This document shows, piece by piece, positions 8,543 to 20,017 of a stretch of 32,000 bases of DNA; positions within the stretch are counted from its first letter, which is position 1; each line of letters opens with the position of its first letter. A program made the translations under genes and the position numbers. Under the pieces are notes generated by a model, which was not told where the DNA came from, searched no databases, and was given only the letters and a program-made list of their open reading frames with translations. This stretch comes from Candidatus Babelota bacterium (GTDB lineage Bacteria > Babelota > Babeliae > Babelales > Vermiphilaceae): the NCBI GenBank assembly GCA_039809905.1, contig JBDHVY010000001.1:990001-1022000 (forward strand), written 5' to 3'.

Positions 8543-9334
8543 TTGCCTGTAGTTCAAGATGCAATATGTTTTTGGAATAATCATCGTGAAGATATTGCTT
8601 ATGAAAATGCTTTAGTGATGTATAAATATGATTTATTACGAGAGCATTTATTATTAGCAATGAAGCAGGCACTTAATGAGTTTTCTGTTGTGGCTGAGTA
8701 CTATCGTAATTGTAGAGGTGAGTGTATTCAGGCAAGCACTACTGTTATCAGTACCTTGAATGAAATTTCCTCAAAAGTTGATGATCGCAAGCAATGGGTA
8801 CTACAAGAAGAGAAAATTGCGCGTGGCAACGGTGCCATAGTAGAAGAATATTTTGCACAACGCAATATCTTAGTTATATCATTCAAAAATGAAGCTCAAA
8901 AGGAGTTTGGTAACCTCCGAAAAGAACGTGACACAGAGATTTTGAAAAAAATAGCTATTCAACAACAAGTAAATGTTGGTTTTTGTGGTGGGCCCAGGAA
9001 GGATGATGATGAGGGTGAGGAAAAAGCAGAAGATTTATCATCTTCAGTAACAATAAGTAAAGATGACGCTCCACACATGTTTGGAAATAGACCAGGACAT
9101 TTGATTGATACCCCAGCTAATAGAAAGCTTTTGATCGAGCTTGGTTCAAACAAAAATAATTTTCTTGGTTTAGATAAGCACGGGAATGAATGGTATGGAA
9201 AAATTATTGCAGATGGTAGACAGCTTTGGGCTAGCATGAGAAATCAGGTAATTAGAAATGGAGGCATTAATAATCCCCCAAGAATATTTCATCCTGATAC
9301 GGGTCTTTGTAAGCCTTTTAAATCTTTTAAATAG
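8543..9334 (+). CDS. Putative polymorphic-toxin protein: helical N-terminus plus C-terminal toxin-like domain
   Basis: C-terminus DDAPHMFGNRPGHLIDTPANRKLLIELGSNKNNFLGLDKHGNEWYGKIIADGRQLWASMRNQVIRNGGINNPPRIFHPDTGL resembles C-terminal nuclease-type toxin domains of RHS/CDI proteins. Track start is TTG. Frame is open to 8489, with a possible CTG start at 8498 behind AAGGAG. Confidence 0.6.
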   Translation: MPVVQDAICFWNNHREDIAYENALVMYKYDLLREHLLLAMKQALNEFSVVAEYYRNCRGECIQASTTVISTLNEISSKVDDRKQWVLQEEKIARGNGAIVEEYFAQRNILVISFKNEAQKEFGNLRKERDTEILKKIAIQQQVNVGFCGGPRKDDDEGEEKAEDLSSSVTISKDDAPHMFGNRPGHLIDTPANRKLLIELGSNKNNFLGLDKHGNEWYGKIIADGRQLWASMRNQVIRNGGINNPPRIFHPDTGLCKPFKSFK

Positions 9335-9348
9335 AATAGAAAATATTT

Positions 9349-9720
9349 ATGAATAGTAATTTACTGCTAACTTCAATACAATCTTTTTATGCGATGCATC
9401 TTTTTTTGGAGCAATATTTTTACGTGACTTCGTCGGATAGCATTGGGGCTTTATTGGGATGTATGCATTTTTTGGAGGATGGAGATACAGCCGATCCAGT
9501 ACTATGGATAGATTGGCGTGAAATGGTCGGAGATGCGCCAATTACTCTTATGCAAGCATTTAAAACAATGAAAGTATTTTTAGATATATATTTTCAGGCG
9601 ACATCATCAAACAATGTGAAAAATATGTTGAATGATATAGGCCTTGTTATTAATGATAAGCCGGGAAAAGAAAAAATATGGGAAAAGTGGCTAATGTCGG
9701 TTGATAAGGTTTTTGAGTGA
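9349..9720 (+). CDS. Immunity-like protein with two tandem copies of a ~55-aa domain
   Basis: SFYAMHLFLEQYFYVTSSDSIGALLGCMHFLEDGDTADPVLWIDW and AFKTMKVFLDIYFQATSSNNVKNMLNDIGLV...IWEKW. Confidence 0.6.
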   Translation: MNSNLLLTSIQSFYAMHLFLEQYFYVTSSDSIGALLGCMHFLEDGDTADPVLWIDWREMVGDAPITLMQAFKTMKVFLDIYFQATSSNNVKNMLNDIGLVINDKPGKEKIWEKWLMSVDKVFE

Positions 9721-9732
9721 TCCTAAGCTAAT

Positions 9733-10233
9733 ATGAATAATATAAAAATATCTCAATTAGATCAGTGCGAAATAATTATCAATGATCTAGTATATCTTTC
9801 AGGAAAGCAATCAGAAGAAACTTATCATAATATGTGGTGTATTAGTTTAGATGGTGATCTGATAAAAAATATTAAAATTGAACCACTAAAGTGTTTTATA
9901 GACAGATTAATCGAAAATAGAGAGCAACAAGTGCAATCCAGTAGTTCTTCTGGAAGCATTATTTTTTATATGTGGTTTGATAAACAGACACTGCAGTTAC
10001 GGTTTAATATTATAACAGGAAATGAAAGAACATTACCTTTTACGTGTAAGCTACAATTGTTTAATACTTATGAATCTATATTGAAAAATTTTATTAATAC
10101 AGTCCAAGAAGTTGATCAATTTGGAGATGATATTAAATTTTTTGATAAACAGGATATTAATTGGGATGAAGATGAACAAGAGTACATTTTGGATGTATTT
10201 GTAAAAAAATTGAATGCGAAAATCCATGAATAG
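9733..10233 (+). CDS. Hypothetical cytoplasmic protein in the putative toxin/immunity operon; possibly an unrelated immunity protein
   Basis: Intact acidic ORF with no signal peptide, 12 nt after the previous gene and overlapping the next by 8 nt. Confidence 0.5.
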   Translation: MNNIKISQLDQCEIIINDLVYLSGKQSEETYHNMWCISLDGDLIKNIKIEPLKCFIDRLIENREQQVQSSSSSGSIIFYMWFDKQTLQLRFNIITGNERTLPFTCKLQLFNTYESILKNFINTVQEVDQFGDDIKFFDKQDINWDEDEQEYILDVFVKKLNAKIHE

Positions 10234-10423
10234 AAAAATTACGATTGAGGAAGGTTTTTGTGCAATGACTAAATTTTTGGAAAAGTGGTATGGATTTACA
10301 AAGTCAGATGATATAGCTTTTATGTTGAGTGGAATGAGCATGGATCCAGCTTTTTTGAAAGATTGGATTGAGTCTGTAGATATTGTTTTACGAGAACAAA
10401 ATAAAATGCATGAACATGATTAA
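10226..10423 (+). CDS. Immunity-like protein, single copy of the repeated domain
   Basis: ITIEEGFCAMTKFLEKWYGFTKSDDIAFMLSGMSMDPAFLKDWIESV. ATG at 10226 overlaps the upstream stop at 10231-10233. Confidence 0.55.
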   Translation: MNRKITIEEGFCAMTKFLEKWYGFTKSDDIAFMLSGMSMDPAFLKDWIESVDIVLREQNKMHEHD

Positions 10424-10799
10424 TACAATAACCCGATTACAAGCTTTTAAGGCTATGAATTGTTTTCTGGATGATTATTATACTAAAACACTGTCGGATG
10501 ATTTGGGATCTTTGTTAGGAGATACGCAGTTATTGGCGGATGAAAGTGGGACATGGGATTCTGTAGCATGGAATGATTGGTGTGTTGCTTTGGAAAAAAA
10601 GGAATCAATTACTCCCTTCGATGCTTTTAAAGGAATGTATAATTTTTTAAAGGCATATTATATAAGAACGTCTTGTTCTTCTCGTGATATAAAAGAAACA
10701 TTGGATAAAATAGATATTTCTGAAAAAAAACTTTTATCTTCTGCTGTATGGTGTTTTTGGATGGAATGTGTGCAAAAGATTGTTCATGAACAAGAATAA
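10416..10799 (+). CDS. Immunity-like protein with two tandem copies of the repeated domain
   Basis: ITRLQAFKAMNCFLDDYYTKTLSDDLGSLLGDTQLLADESGTWDSVAWNDW and ITPFDAFKGMYNFLKAYYIRTS...WCFWMECV. ATG 10416 overlaps the upstream gene by 8 nt. Confidence 0.6.
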   Translation: MINTITRLQAFKAMNCFLDDYYTKTLSDDLGSLLGDTQLLADESGTWDSVAWNDWCVALEKKESITPFDAFKGMYNFLKAYYIRTSCSSRDIKETLDKIDISEKKLLSSAVWCFWMECVQKIVHEQE

Positions 10800-10914
10800 A
10801 TTATTAATTTTACATTGAAATTAATAACTTATTGGTAAAATTTTGATAAAATCATTATAAAACAAGTACTCCAAAGATATACAATAAGTTGCACATATAC
10901 ATAAAGGCTTTCGT

Positions 10915-11751
10915 ATGAATTTCGCTATTATACCAAAGATACATTTGGCAACCTTACTGTTTCTTAGTTGTGTTAATATTCAGTGTAGTGAGTTAGCTTG
11001 CTATACTGAAAAACAACTTCAAGAATTAGATCATAAATTACCTTGTTCAACAAGAGATTATACCAATTATGAGTATGGGATCCGTGTTCAACATTCTTCT
11101 GGTACTGGTATGGGGATTGTTGGGAGTTACTATCCAGGTTCCAGCTCTCACAATCATACGCTGCAAGAAGTAAACTTTCGACCAATGAGTTTTGACAATA
11201 CTTTGTCACAAAAAAAAATCATTTTTATTTTAGAAAATAAAAATGGGGAAGGAATCATATTTGAACGCGAGAAAAACAGTACAAGCATGTGTCTAGATAG
11301 CAATTATTATCCTCGTAAAATCATAACCAAAAAAGCGTTAAACCTTATTGTAAAAGCTCTTAACAATATGCCTGGGATTATTACAGGTCCATATTTAGGT
11401 TTTCAGTCAGCTGATGGAAGCAACGAGGAAATTCTGCTCTTAAATCCCTTTATTCTTATTCAAAAGGAAGATCGCTTTGATGCTAGAAAAGGTTGCTTTG
11501 ATGGTAGAATGTATGTAACTATAAGCGTATTTGATAGATTAGTAGAACGTATCTGCAATTTGTTTCATATTCATGTGAGTACAATTTTTTTTGAAAAGGC
11601 ATCCAATAGTACTACAAAGGCAATACTTCGAGAAAAGTCAAAAAGCTCGTATTATGCAAAGCTTGCAGTTACAGGACTTGTTGTAGCGTTATTAGCTGAA
11701 TTCATTGGCAAAACCTTTTTCAATCCAGACGAATCCCTGCTTTTTAACTAA
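10915..11751 (+). CDS. Hypothetical exported protein with C-terminal TM segment
   Basis: Signal-like N-terminus IHLATLLFLSCVNIQCSE and C-terminal AKLAVTGLVVALLAEFIGKTFF. Confidence 0.6.
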   Translation: MNFAIIPKIHLATLLFLSCVNIQCSELACYTEKQLQELDHKLPCSTRDYTNYEYGIRVQHSSGTGMGIVGSYYPGSSSHNHTLQEVNFRPMSFDNTLSQKKIIFILENKNGEGIIFEREKNSTSMCLDSNYYPRKIITKKALNLIVKALNNMPGIITGPYLGFQSADGSNEEILLLNPFILIQKEDRFDARKGCFDGRMYVTISVFDRLVERICNLFHIHVSTIFFEKASNSTTKAILREKSKSSYYAKLAVTGLVVALLAEFIGKTFFNPDESLLFN

Positions 11752-12684
11752 TACCCACTCTTTATAAAGAGCATGTTTTCCGCCACGTTCATGCGATAAA
11801 AAGCGAATAATTTCATCCAAGAATGTTTGAGTTACAGGAAATTGAACATTGTTGGCAATCAACCACAAAATAATAACGCGATGATGAAGGGAACGATGAA
11901 TAGTTTCAAATTTTTTTATATCAAAAACTTCAATAGTATCTTTTTTTATAATCAAGCTATCGAGTGTTGATTGAGCAATATCATTCAATAAAGCATCATC
12001 TTCCTTGAGGCGATTAATAGTTGCAAGAAAATTATTGTCCCACCGAGCATCAGATTCAATAAGTGCTGGAATGACTTTTTTGCGTATGCGATTGCGTAAA
12101 TAGTCATCAGATTCATTACTTGAATCAATTGCATATGCAATTGAATGTTGATTCAACCATTCTAAAATGTCTGATTTATTTGTTTCTAATAATGGCCGAA
12201 TATATAATCCATGCTTTGGATACATACCAGTCAATCCTGCTAAACTTGTTCCACGGATTAAGCGAATGAAAAATGTTTCTTGTTGATCTTGTGCATGATG
12301 GCCTAAGGCTATGCTATCAGCATTATATTCACGCAATACTTGTTGTAAAAATTGACGGCGCATAGTACGCGCATATTCTTCTTTTGAGCCACGATATTTT
12401 TTTTTGGTCATCGTTAACGATGACATTTTTGTTGAAATAAAATTAATATGTAATTTTTGTGCTAATGTGCGGCAAAACTCTTCTTCTGCATTAGCCTCTA
12501 CGCGCCATTCATGATTAAGATGGGCTGCAATAAGAGTTAGGTTGTATTTGTTTTGCAACGCAACTAATGTTCGCAATAAAAATACTGAGTCAGGCCCACC
12601 AGAGAGCCCAATGATTATTGTATTATTCGCTTCAATGAGCTTATGTTTTGTGATGTATGTTTCGATTTTTTCTAAAAAAAACAT
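11692..12684 (-). CDS. tilS: tRNA(Ile)-lysidine synthase TilS (short form)
   Basis: PP-loop IGLSGGPDSVFLLRTL, AAHLNHEWR, EEYARTMRRQFL, ALGHHAQDQQETFFIRLIRGTSLAGLTGM, RPLL.....I..WL. Confidence 0.93.
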   Translation of the reverse strand: MFFLEKIETYITKHKLIEANNTIIIGLSGGPDSVFLLRTLVALQNKYNLTLIAAHLNHEWRVEANAEEEFCRTLAQKLHINFISTKMSSLTMTKKKYRGSKEEYARTMRRQFLQQVLREYNADSIALGHHAQDQQETFFIRLIRGTSLAGLTGMYPKHGLYIRPLLETNKSDILEWLNQHSIAYAIDSSNESDDYLRNRIRKKVIPALIESDARWDNNFLATINRLKEDDALLNDIAQSTLDSLIIKKDTIEVFDIKKFETIHRSLHHRVIILWLIANNVQFPVTQTFLDEIIRFLSHERGGKHALYKEWVLVKKQGFVWIEKGFANEFS

Positions 12685-12693
12685 GATATTTTA

Positions 12694-13242
12694 TCAGCTA
12701 GCTCTGTTTCTTATAGCGTACACAAAAGCTAGAATTCCTGCCATGCTTATGCTTACTGCTATGCCTAAAACCATTCCAAAAACAGTTCCACCCATAGCAT
12801 AATGTTGTTTCATTTCTGTGCCAGAGTTGTATCCTGCTTCATCTATTGTTTCAGGTTGAGGAATTTTAAGGAACAGTATTTTATGGAGTAACGTGCTCTT
12901 ACCATCTTTAACCACGACATATAAAGGATCATTCAGTGTTACTACATCGTTGTATGTCAAGGGTGAACATAATTCTTTGATGTTAGCAAATTGTTCTTCA
13001 GAGATTGTTATTCGTTTTAAAGGGTTTTTACCATCATGTATCACACCGCGTTTTTGTTTTTTATGGTAGTTAAGATAAAGAGGATTGCCGGTAAAGCCAT
13101 ATTGGCTGTAATTTTCAATTGATTGATTTTCTAAGGTGTTTTTTATTTCACACGGCAATGCTAGTTGATGCACTTGATTTTGACTAGACATCGTTTTCAA
13201 ACTTATCAGCAACAAACTAAGCAATATAAAATTTTTGTTCAT
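12694..13242 (-). CDS. Hypothetical exported/membrane-anchored protein
   Basis: Signal peptide MNKNFILLSLLLISLKTMSS and C-terminal TM GTVFGMVLGIAVSISMAGILAFVYAI. ATG 13242 preferred. Confidence 0.55.
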   Translation of the reverse strand: MNKNFILLSLLLISLKTMSSQNQVHQLALPCEIKNTLENQSIENYSQYGFTGNPLYLNYHKKQKRGVIHDGKNPLKRITISEEQFANIKELCSPLTYNDVVTLNDPLYVVVKDGKSTLLHKILFLKIPQPETIDEAGYNSGTEMKQHYAMGGTVFGMVLGIAVSISMAGILAFVYAIRNRAS

Positions 13243-13274
13243 GAGTACTCTATGCAATTTTTTATGACTTTAAT

Positions 13275-13310
13275 AAAAAGCCGCCTCTAAAAAATTAAAG
13301 GCGGCTTTTT
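13275..13310 (-). terminator. Rho-independent terminator downstream of gyrB
   Basis: AAAAAGCCGCCT (13275-13286) / AGGCGGCTTTTT (13299-13310), a 12-bp perfect inverted repeat with T tract. Confidence 0.9.
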
Positions 13311-13316
13311 AATTAT

Positions 13317-15788
<2,472 letters not shown>

Positions 15789-16040
15789 TTAATTTTTATG
15801 GAAGATAACTATTTCATAATATAATTTCATTATACTTTAAAAGAGAAAAAAAATGAATTATTATAATGGGTTTCTGAGAAAGAGTTTCTCTATGTTTTTC
15901 AAGGAATTTTAGTCAAAAAAAGAAAATATATTTTACTAAAACTTCTTGGCCTAAAGCTGGTTGTTGTAAAATGTGTTAATCATGTTATTATATAAACAAC
16001 AATTTGAATATTTTTTAAAATTTATGTATTGTTTTGCGAT

Positions 16041-16523
16041 ATGTTAGAAACAGTTTTTGGTTCACAAAAAGATCAATTATTTATGCAACAAGCTCTTGAT
16101 CAGGCACAATTGGCAGCTGCAATTAATGAAGTGCCTATTGGAGCCGTTGTGGTGAATGCTCAGGGTGAAATTGTTGGACATGGTTATAATACCGTTGAAC
16201 GTGATTGTACGCAACGATCTCATGCTGAAAGCATTGCCATTGAACAGGCAAGCAAAAAACTGGGTGATTGGCGGCTTAATGGTCATTGGTTATATGTTAC
16301 CTTGGAGCCATGCTCAATGTGCATGGGATTAATAAAGTTGAGTCGATTTGAGGGTGTTGTATATGGTGCAGCATCACCTTTATTTGGATTTCGTCTTGAC
16401 AACCAGGATGATCTTTGGGTATACAAAAGGGATGCCTTTTCAATCATTGAAGGGGTTGGAAAAGAGGAGTCTGCAGCGTTGTTAAAAGATTTTTTTCATA
16501 AAAAAAGGAAGAAAAATGACTGA
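16041..16523 (+). CDS. tadA: tRNA-specific adenosine deaminase TadA
   Basis: HAESIAIEQA and TLEPCSMCMGLIKLSR deaminase zinc motifs; NEVPIGAVVV; RNA-editing deaminase layout. Confidence 0.9.
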   Translation: MLETVFGSQKDQLFMQQALDQAQLAAAINEVPIGAVVVNAQGEIVGHGYNTVERDCTQRSHAESIAIEQASKKLGDWRLNGHWLYVTLEPCSMCMGLIKLSRFEGVVYGAASPLFGFRLDNQDDLWVYKRDAFSIIEGVGKEESAALLKDFFHKKRKKND

Positions 16524-16884
16524 TAAGCGTGATTTAAAGAATATAGAAGCTGATTTGCTGAAACGTAAAATTGAGCTTGAACAAAAATTGACAGAAATGT
16601 CTAAAGAGCAATTTTCAGATGGGCAGGTGCAAGATCCAGGCGATCAAGCGCTGACTGCGACCATGGAATCTTTGAGAATGTCCCTGCAGGATGCAGAAAT
16701 GGAAGAGTATCGTGGGATTGCAAAGGCCTTAGAGCGGATAAAAGAGGGTGCCTATGGCATCTGTGCTGATTGTGGTAACCCCATTTCGGAAAAACGGCTC
16801 CAATCGTTTCCGGGCACTATGCGTTGCCTGGCCTGCCAAGAGAATTTTGAAGAAAAATCTGCTCATGGAACACCCCAATTTTGA
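16516..16884 (+). CDS. DksA/TraR-type C4 zinc-finger protein
   Basis: Coiled-coil N-terminus then YGICADCGNPISEKRLQSFPGTMRCLACQ. Overlaps the tadA end by 8 nt. Confidence 0.88.
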   Translation: MTDKRDLKNIEADLLKRKIELEQKLTEMSKEQFSDGQVQDPGDQALTATMESLRMSLQDAEMEEYRGIAKALERIKEGAYGICADCGNPISEKRLQSFPGTMRCLACQENFEEKSAHGTPQF

Positions 16885-16909
16885 CAATTGCTTTTTATAG
16901 TCTTATACT
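16881..16909 (+). promoter_or_regulatory. Candidate sigma70 promoter for rpsI (TTGACA-N17-TATACT)
   Basis: TTGACA at 16881-16886, 17-nt spacer, TATACT at 16904-16909, about 69 nt upstream of rpsI. Confidence 0.7.
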
Positions 16910-16977
16910 AATTAACAAAATAATTGTATTTAAAAAGTTTTTTTCTCAATAACTCATATGTAAGGTTATAGTGCGAT

Positions 16978-17394
16978 ATGGCAAATAAACAAACAATGTC
17001 TACTCAGGCTCCCGTTGCTCACGGTGTAGGACGTCGAAAAACTGCGGTTGCGCGTATTTGGTTGCGCCGTGGAGATGGGCAAATTAGAATAAATGGAAAA
17101 GATCATTTAAGCTATTTTGATACAAAATTTGCAGCAGACATAGCAGCAACTCCATTTAGAGTATGTCCTATTGGTGCAGATTTTAATGTTGAAGTTAATG
17201 TGTTTGGTGGCGGTAAGCAAGCACAGGCTGATGCGGTAAAATTGGGAATTGCCCGTGCATTTGTTGAATTTGATGCTAATGCAAAACCTGTTTTAAAAAA
17301 ACATGGTCTTATGACTGTTGACGCTCGCAAAAAAGAACGTAAAAAATACGGTCAACGCGGAGCTCGTCGTAAATTCCAGTTCGTAAAACGTTAA
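16978..17394 (+). CDS. rpsI: 30S ribosomal protein S9
   Basis: GVGRRKTAVARIWLRRGDGQIRINGK... and C-terminal RKKYGQRGARRKFQFVKR. Confidence 0.97.
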   Translation: MANKQTMSTQAPVAHGVGRRKTAVARIWLRRGDGQIRINGKDHLSYFDTKFAADIAATPFRVCPIGADFNVEVNVFGGGKQAQADAVKLGIARAFVEFDANAKPVLKKHGLMTVDARKKERKKYGQRGARRKFQFVKR

Positions 17395-17417
17395 TACGTT
17401 TTTATTTAGATATTCTA

Positions 17418-17449
17418 ACCCCATGCTTGATTTGTCTCAGGCATGGGGT
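17418..17449 (+). terminator. Hairpin downstream of rpsI (possible terminator, weak U tract)
   Basis: ACCCCATGCTTGA (17418-17430) pairs with TCAGGCATGGGGT (17437-17449), 6-nt loop. Confidence 0.55.
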
Positions 17450-17524
17450 ATATTAATGTAATCGCTTATCCTAAAATTAAAAATATCTAAAATATTTGAT
17501 TTTATTCCCGTGTTCGTAAGGAAA

Positions 17525-17650
17525 CTTTTCAACAAGTTCAGGGCGAGCCCAGCGAGGATTGAAACCTTCGATAAACTCAGGATAAACTCCGTGTTTACTG
17601 CTGACGTGTCCGAAGAAGCCTTGGCGAAGTCGGAGCTTGTCGAAGCATCT
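17525..17650. repeat. Dispersed intergenic repeat, copy A
   Basis: CTTTTCAACAAGTTCAGGGCGAGCCCAGCGAGG...GTGTTTACTGCTGACGTGTCCGAAGAAGCCTTGGCGAAGTCGGAGCTTGTCGAAG, closely matching 24470-24571. Confidence 0.85.
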
Positions 17651-17763
17651 TGAATGGGGTTACCAATAAAGTGATAACGAAATTAGGGGATAAAGTATCA
17701 GGGTGAGCGTAAAAGAAATAAGCTAGAATAAATCATCAATGAGACTATAAAAAGGAAGTAATA

Positions 17764-19611
17764 ATGTGTACTGTTGTGGGCTACATAGGAAAGTCTTTTT
17801 GTAGTACATTCATTTTTGAGAGTCTTGCTCGCTTAGAATATCGCGGATATGATTCTGCAGGGTTTGCGTGCCTTGATCCAATTAATCAAAAACTTCTTTA
17901 TTCAAAATCTTCTGGTCAACTCATTAATTTAGCTGAAAAAGTTAAAAAAGATCCCTTTGATGGTTTTTTGGGGATTGGTCATACCCGCTGGTCAACCCAT
18001 GGTGATACATCGCATGAAAATGCCCATCCTCATTTTGATTGTTCAAAAACTATTTCTGTAGTTCATAATGGGATTATCGAAAATTATCTTGAATTAAAAC
18101 AACAAATGCTCAATAACGGGCATTTATTTTTTTCAGAAACAGATACAGAAGTTGTGAGTCATTTATTTGAATCCTTATTACAAAAAAAGGATTTGTCAGA
18201 ACGTGATGTTTCTATTCTTGTGCAACAATTGCATGGTGCCTATGCTTTTATTGTAATGTTGCAAACGTTTCCTGATGTTCTTATTGTGGTGCGTAAAAAG
18301 TCACCATTATGCATTGGCATAGGTGGTAATGAAATGTTTATAGCATCAGATGTTATTGCTTTTGCGGATAAAACACAGAGAGTGCTTTTTTTGCCTGACG
18401 AAAGTTTTGCGTTTGTTTTTCGTGATACTATTCAATTGTATGATTTTCAAGGCAATAAGCTTTTTGCACAAGAGCAAAGAATAGATGCACAATTTGAGCA
18501 ATCACATAAAGGTGAGTATGCGCATTTTATGCTCAAAGAAATATATGAACAAAAAAATGCCATCACAAGGACAATTGAATCATTAAAAGGTAATAAAACT
18601 GTTCTTTTGGAGCAACTTGGTCTTAGTCAGCAACATGTACAAGATATAGAGCAAGTACAGTTTATAGCATGTGGAACATCCTGGCACGCAGCACGTATGG
18701 CTCAATTCTTTTTTGAAGGGATTGTACATATTCCTGTTACGGTGAGTTTAGCTTCTGAATTTAGGTATGGATCTTTTTTCCCTAACAAAAATACTCTGTA
18801 TATTTTTATCTCGCAATCAGGTGAAACAGCTGATGTTCTTGAAGCATTGCGATTAATTAATGCGTATCATTTATCAACGATTGCAATAACTAATGTTGCT
18901 ACAAGTACTATCGTGCGGGAAGCAAAAGGTTTTTTACTCACATGTGCAGGGACTGAAGTAGCTGTTGCTTCAACCAAAGCATTTTCAACTCAGCTTGCAG
19001 CACTTTATTGGTTAGCGCACTATATTGCGCTTGAAAAGAATATGATTGAACAAAAAGATATGCTGCAAGTAGAAAATGATGTGCTTGATGTTGCGCACAT
19101 TCTTGAGGATGCAATTGAATATCATAAAAATGTGATTGATCATAGCGATGCCGTGCGATACGCCTGTTATGATAAGGCTTTATTTTTGGGTAGACACATT
19201 AGTTATCCGTTGGCTATGGAAGCTGCATTAAAATTAAAAGAAATAGCATATGTGTTTGCAGAGAGTTATGCTGCTGGTGAATTAAAACACGGCCCTCTTG
19301 CATTAGTTGATGCTATGATGCCGGTTTATATTTTTTCTCATAAAGATCCTATCATCTACCAAAAACTACTTTCTAATGCGCATGAAGTAAAAGCGCGTGG
19401 AGGTATAATTGTTGCATTTGCGTATAGAGATCAACATGAATTATGTGCACTGGCAGAAACAGTATTTACGATTTCCGAAAATATACCAACACTATTGGGA
19501 CCATTAGCAATGATCGGCCTTATACAATATTTTGTCTATGCCATAGCAAGAGAGCGCGGATGTCCAATCGATAAGCCGCGCAATTTAGCAAAATCAGTTA
19601 CCGTGGAATAG
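17764..19611 (+). CDS. glmS: Glutamine--fructose-6-phosphate aminotransferase (isomerizing)
   Basis: MCTVVGYIG N-terminal nucleophile Cys, LEYRGYDSAG, HTRWSTHG, CGTSWHAA, SQSGETADVLEAL, YAAGELKHGPLALV, PRNLAKSVTVE C-terminus. Confidence 0.97.
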   Translation: MCTVVGYIGKSFCSTFIFESLARLEYRGYDSAGFACLDPINQKLLYSKSSGQLINLAEKVKKDPFDGFLGIGHTRWSTHGDTSHENAHPHFDCSKTISVVHNGIIENYLELKQQMLNNGHLFFSETDTEVVSHLFESLLQKKDLSERDVSILVQQLHGAYAFIVMLQTFPDVLIVVRKKSPLCIGIGGNEMFIASDVIAFADKTQRVLFLPDESFAFVFRDTIQLYDFQGNKLFAQEQRIDAQFEQSHKGEYAHFMLKEIYEQKNAITRTIESLKGNKTVLLEQLGLSQQHVQDIEQVQFIACGTSWHAARMAQFFFEGIVHIPVTVSLASEFRYGSFFPNKNTLYIFISQSGETADVLEALRLINAYHLSTIAITNVATSTIVREAKGFLLTCAGTEVAVASTKAFSTQLAALYWLAHYIALEKNMIEQKDMLQVENDVLDVAHILEDAIEYHKNVIDHSDAVRYACYDKALFLGRHISYPLAMEAALKLKEIAYVFAESYAAGELKHGPLALVDAMMPVYIFSHKDPIIYQKLLSNAHEVKARGGIIVAFAYRDQHELCALAETVFTISENIPTLLGPLAMIGLIQYFVYAIARERGCPIDKPRNLAKSVTVE

Positions 19612-19613
19612 AC

Positions 19614-20015
19614 TTAGTCTCTCTCATCCCAAGATTTTGTGGTTCTTTCTAATTGTTGGAATAATGCTGTAGATTCTTTCATTTTTGCAATTATTATGTG
19701 TCGTTCCACTGGATAGGGTTTTCCTGGATAGTAAATAAGCTGGTTCCTATGTTTATAATCAAGAAGTTGCTTAATGATTTCATCATTTTCTTTGAGCTTG
19801 ATTATTAATTTTTCACATAATTGGCGAGTAGCAAAATCTGGAGTAGATTTTTCATAATAGCTTGAGTGTAGAATTGATTTACTTGAATGAAAGTCTCTCA
19901 TAATTCCTCTGGTTCTGCGTAATGAAGATGTTCGAGTTGCTAAAAGCATCCCAAGTGTGGTATGAGAATACGTAAAGATGAGTGTAGTAATCATTAAATG
20001 GATTGTCATTTTCAT
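19614..20015 (-). CDS. Small exported protein in a cluster of five
   Basis: Signal peptide then GMLLATRTSSLRRTRGIMRDFHS; helical charged remainder. Confidence 0.5.
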   Translation of the reverse strand: MKMTIHLMITTLIFTYSHTTLGMLLATRTSSLRRTRGIMRDFHSSKSILHSSYYEKSTPDFATRQLCEKLIIKLKENDEIIKQLLDYKHRNQLIYYPGKPYPVERHIIIAKMKESTALFQQLERTTKSWDERD

Positions 20016-20017
20016 TT

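Noticed and set aside
8445-8672. Minus-strand 75-aa ORF overlapping the toxin-like gene start
   Set aside because: No recognisable motif, and it conflicts with the longer plus-strand ORF. It cannot be fully excluded as an antisense product but is unsupported.
15854-15930. Short hairpin GAGAAA-GAG-TTTCTC upstream of tadA
   Set aside because: Only 6-bp arms with a 3-nt loop in AT-rich DNA; not distinguishable from chance.
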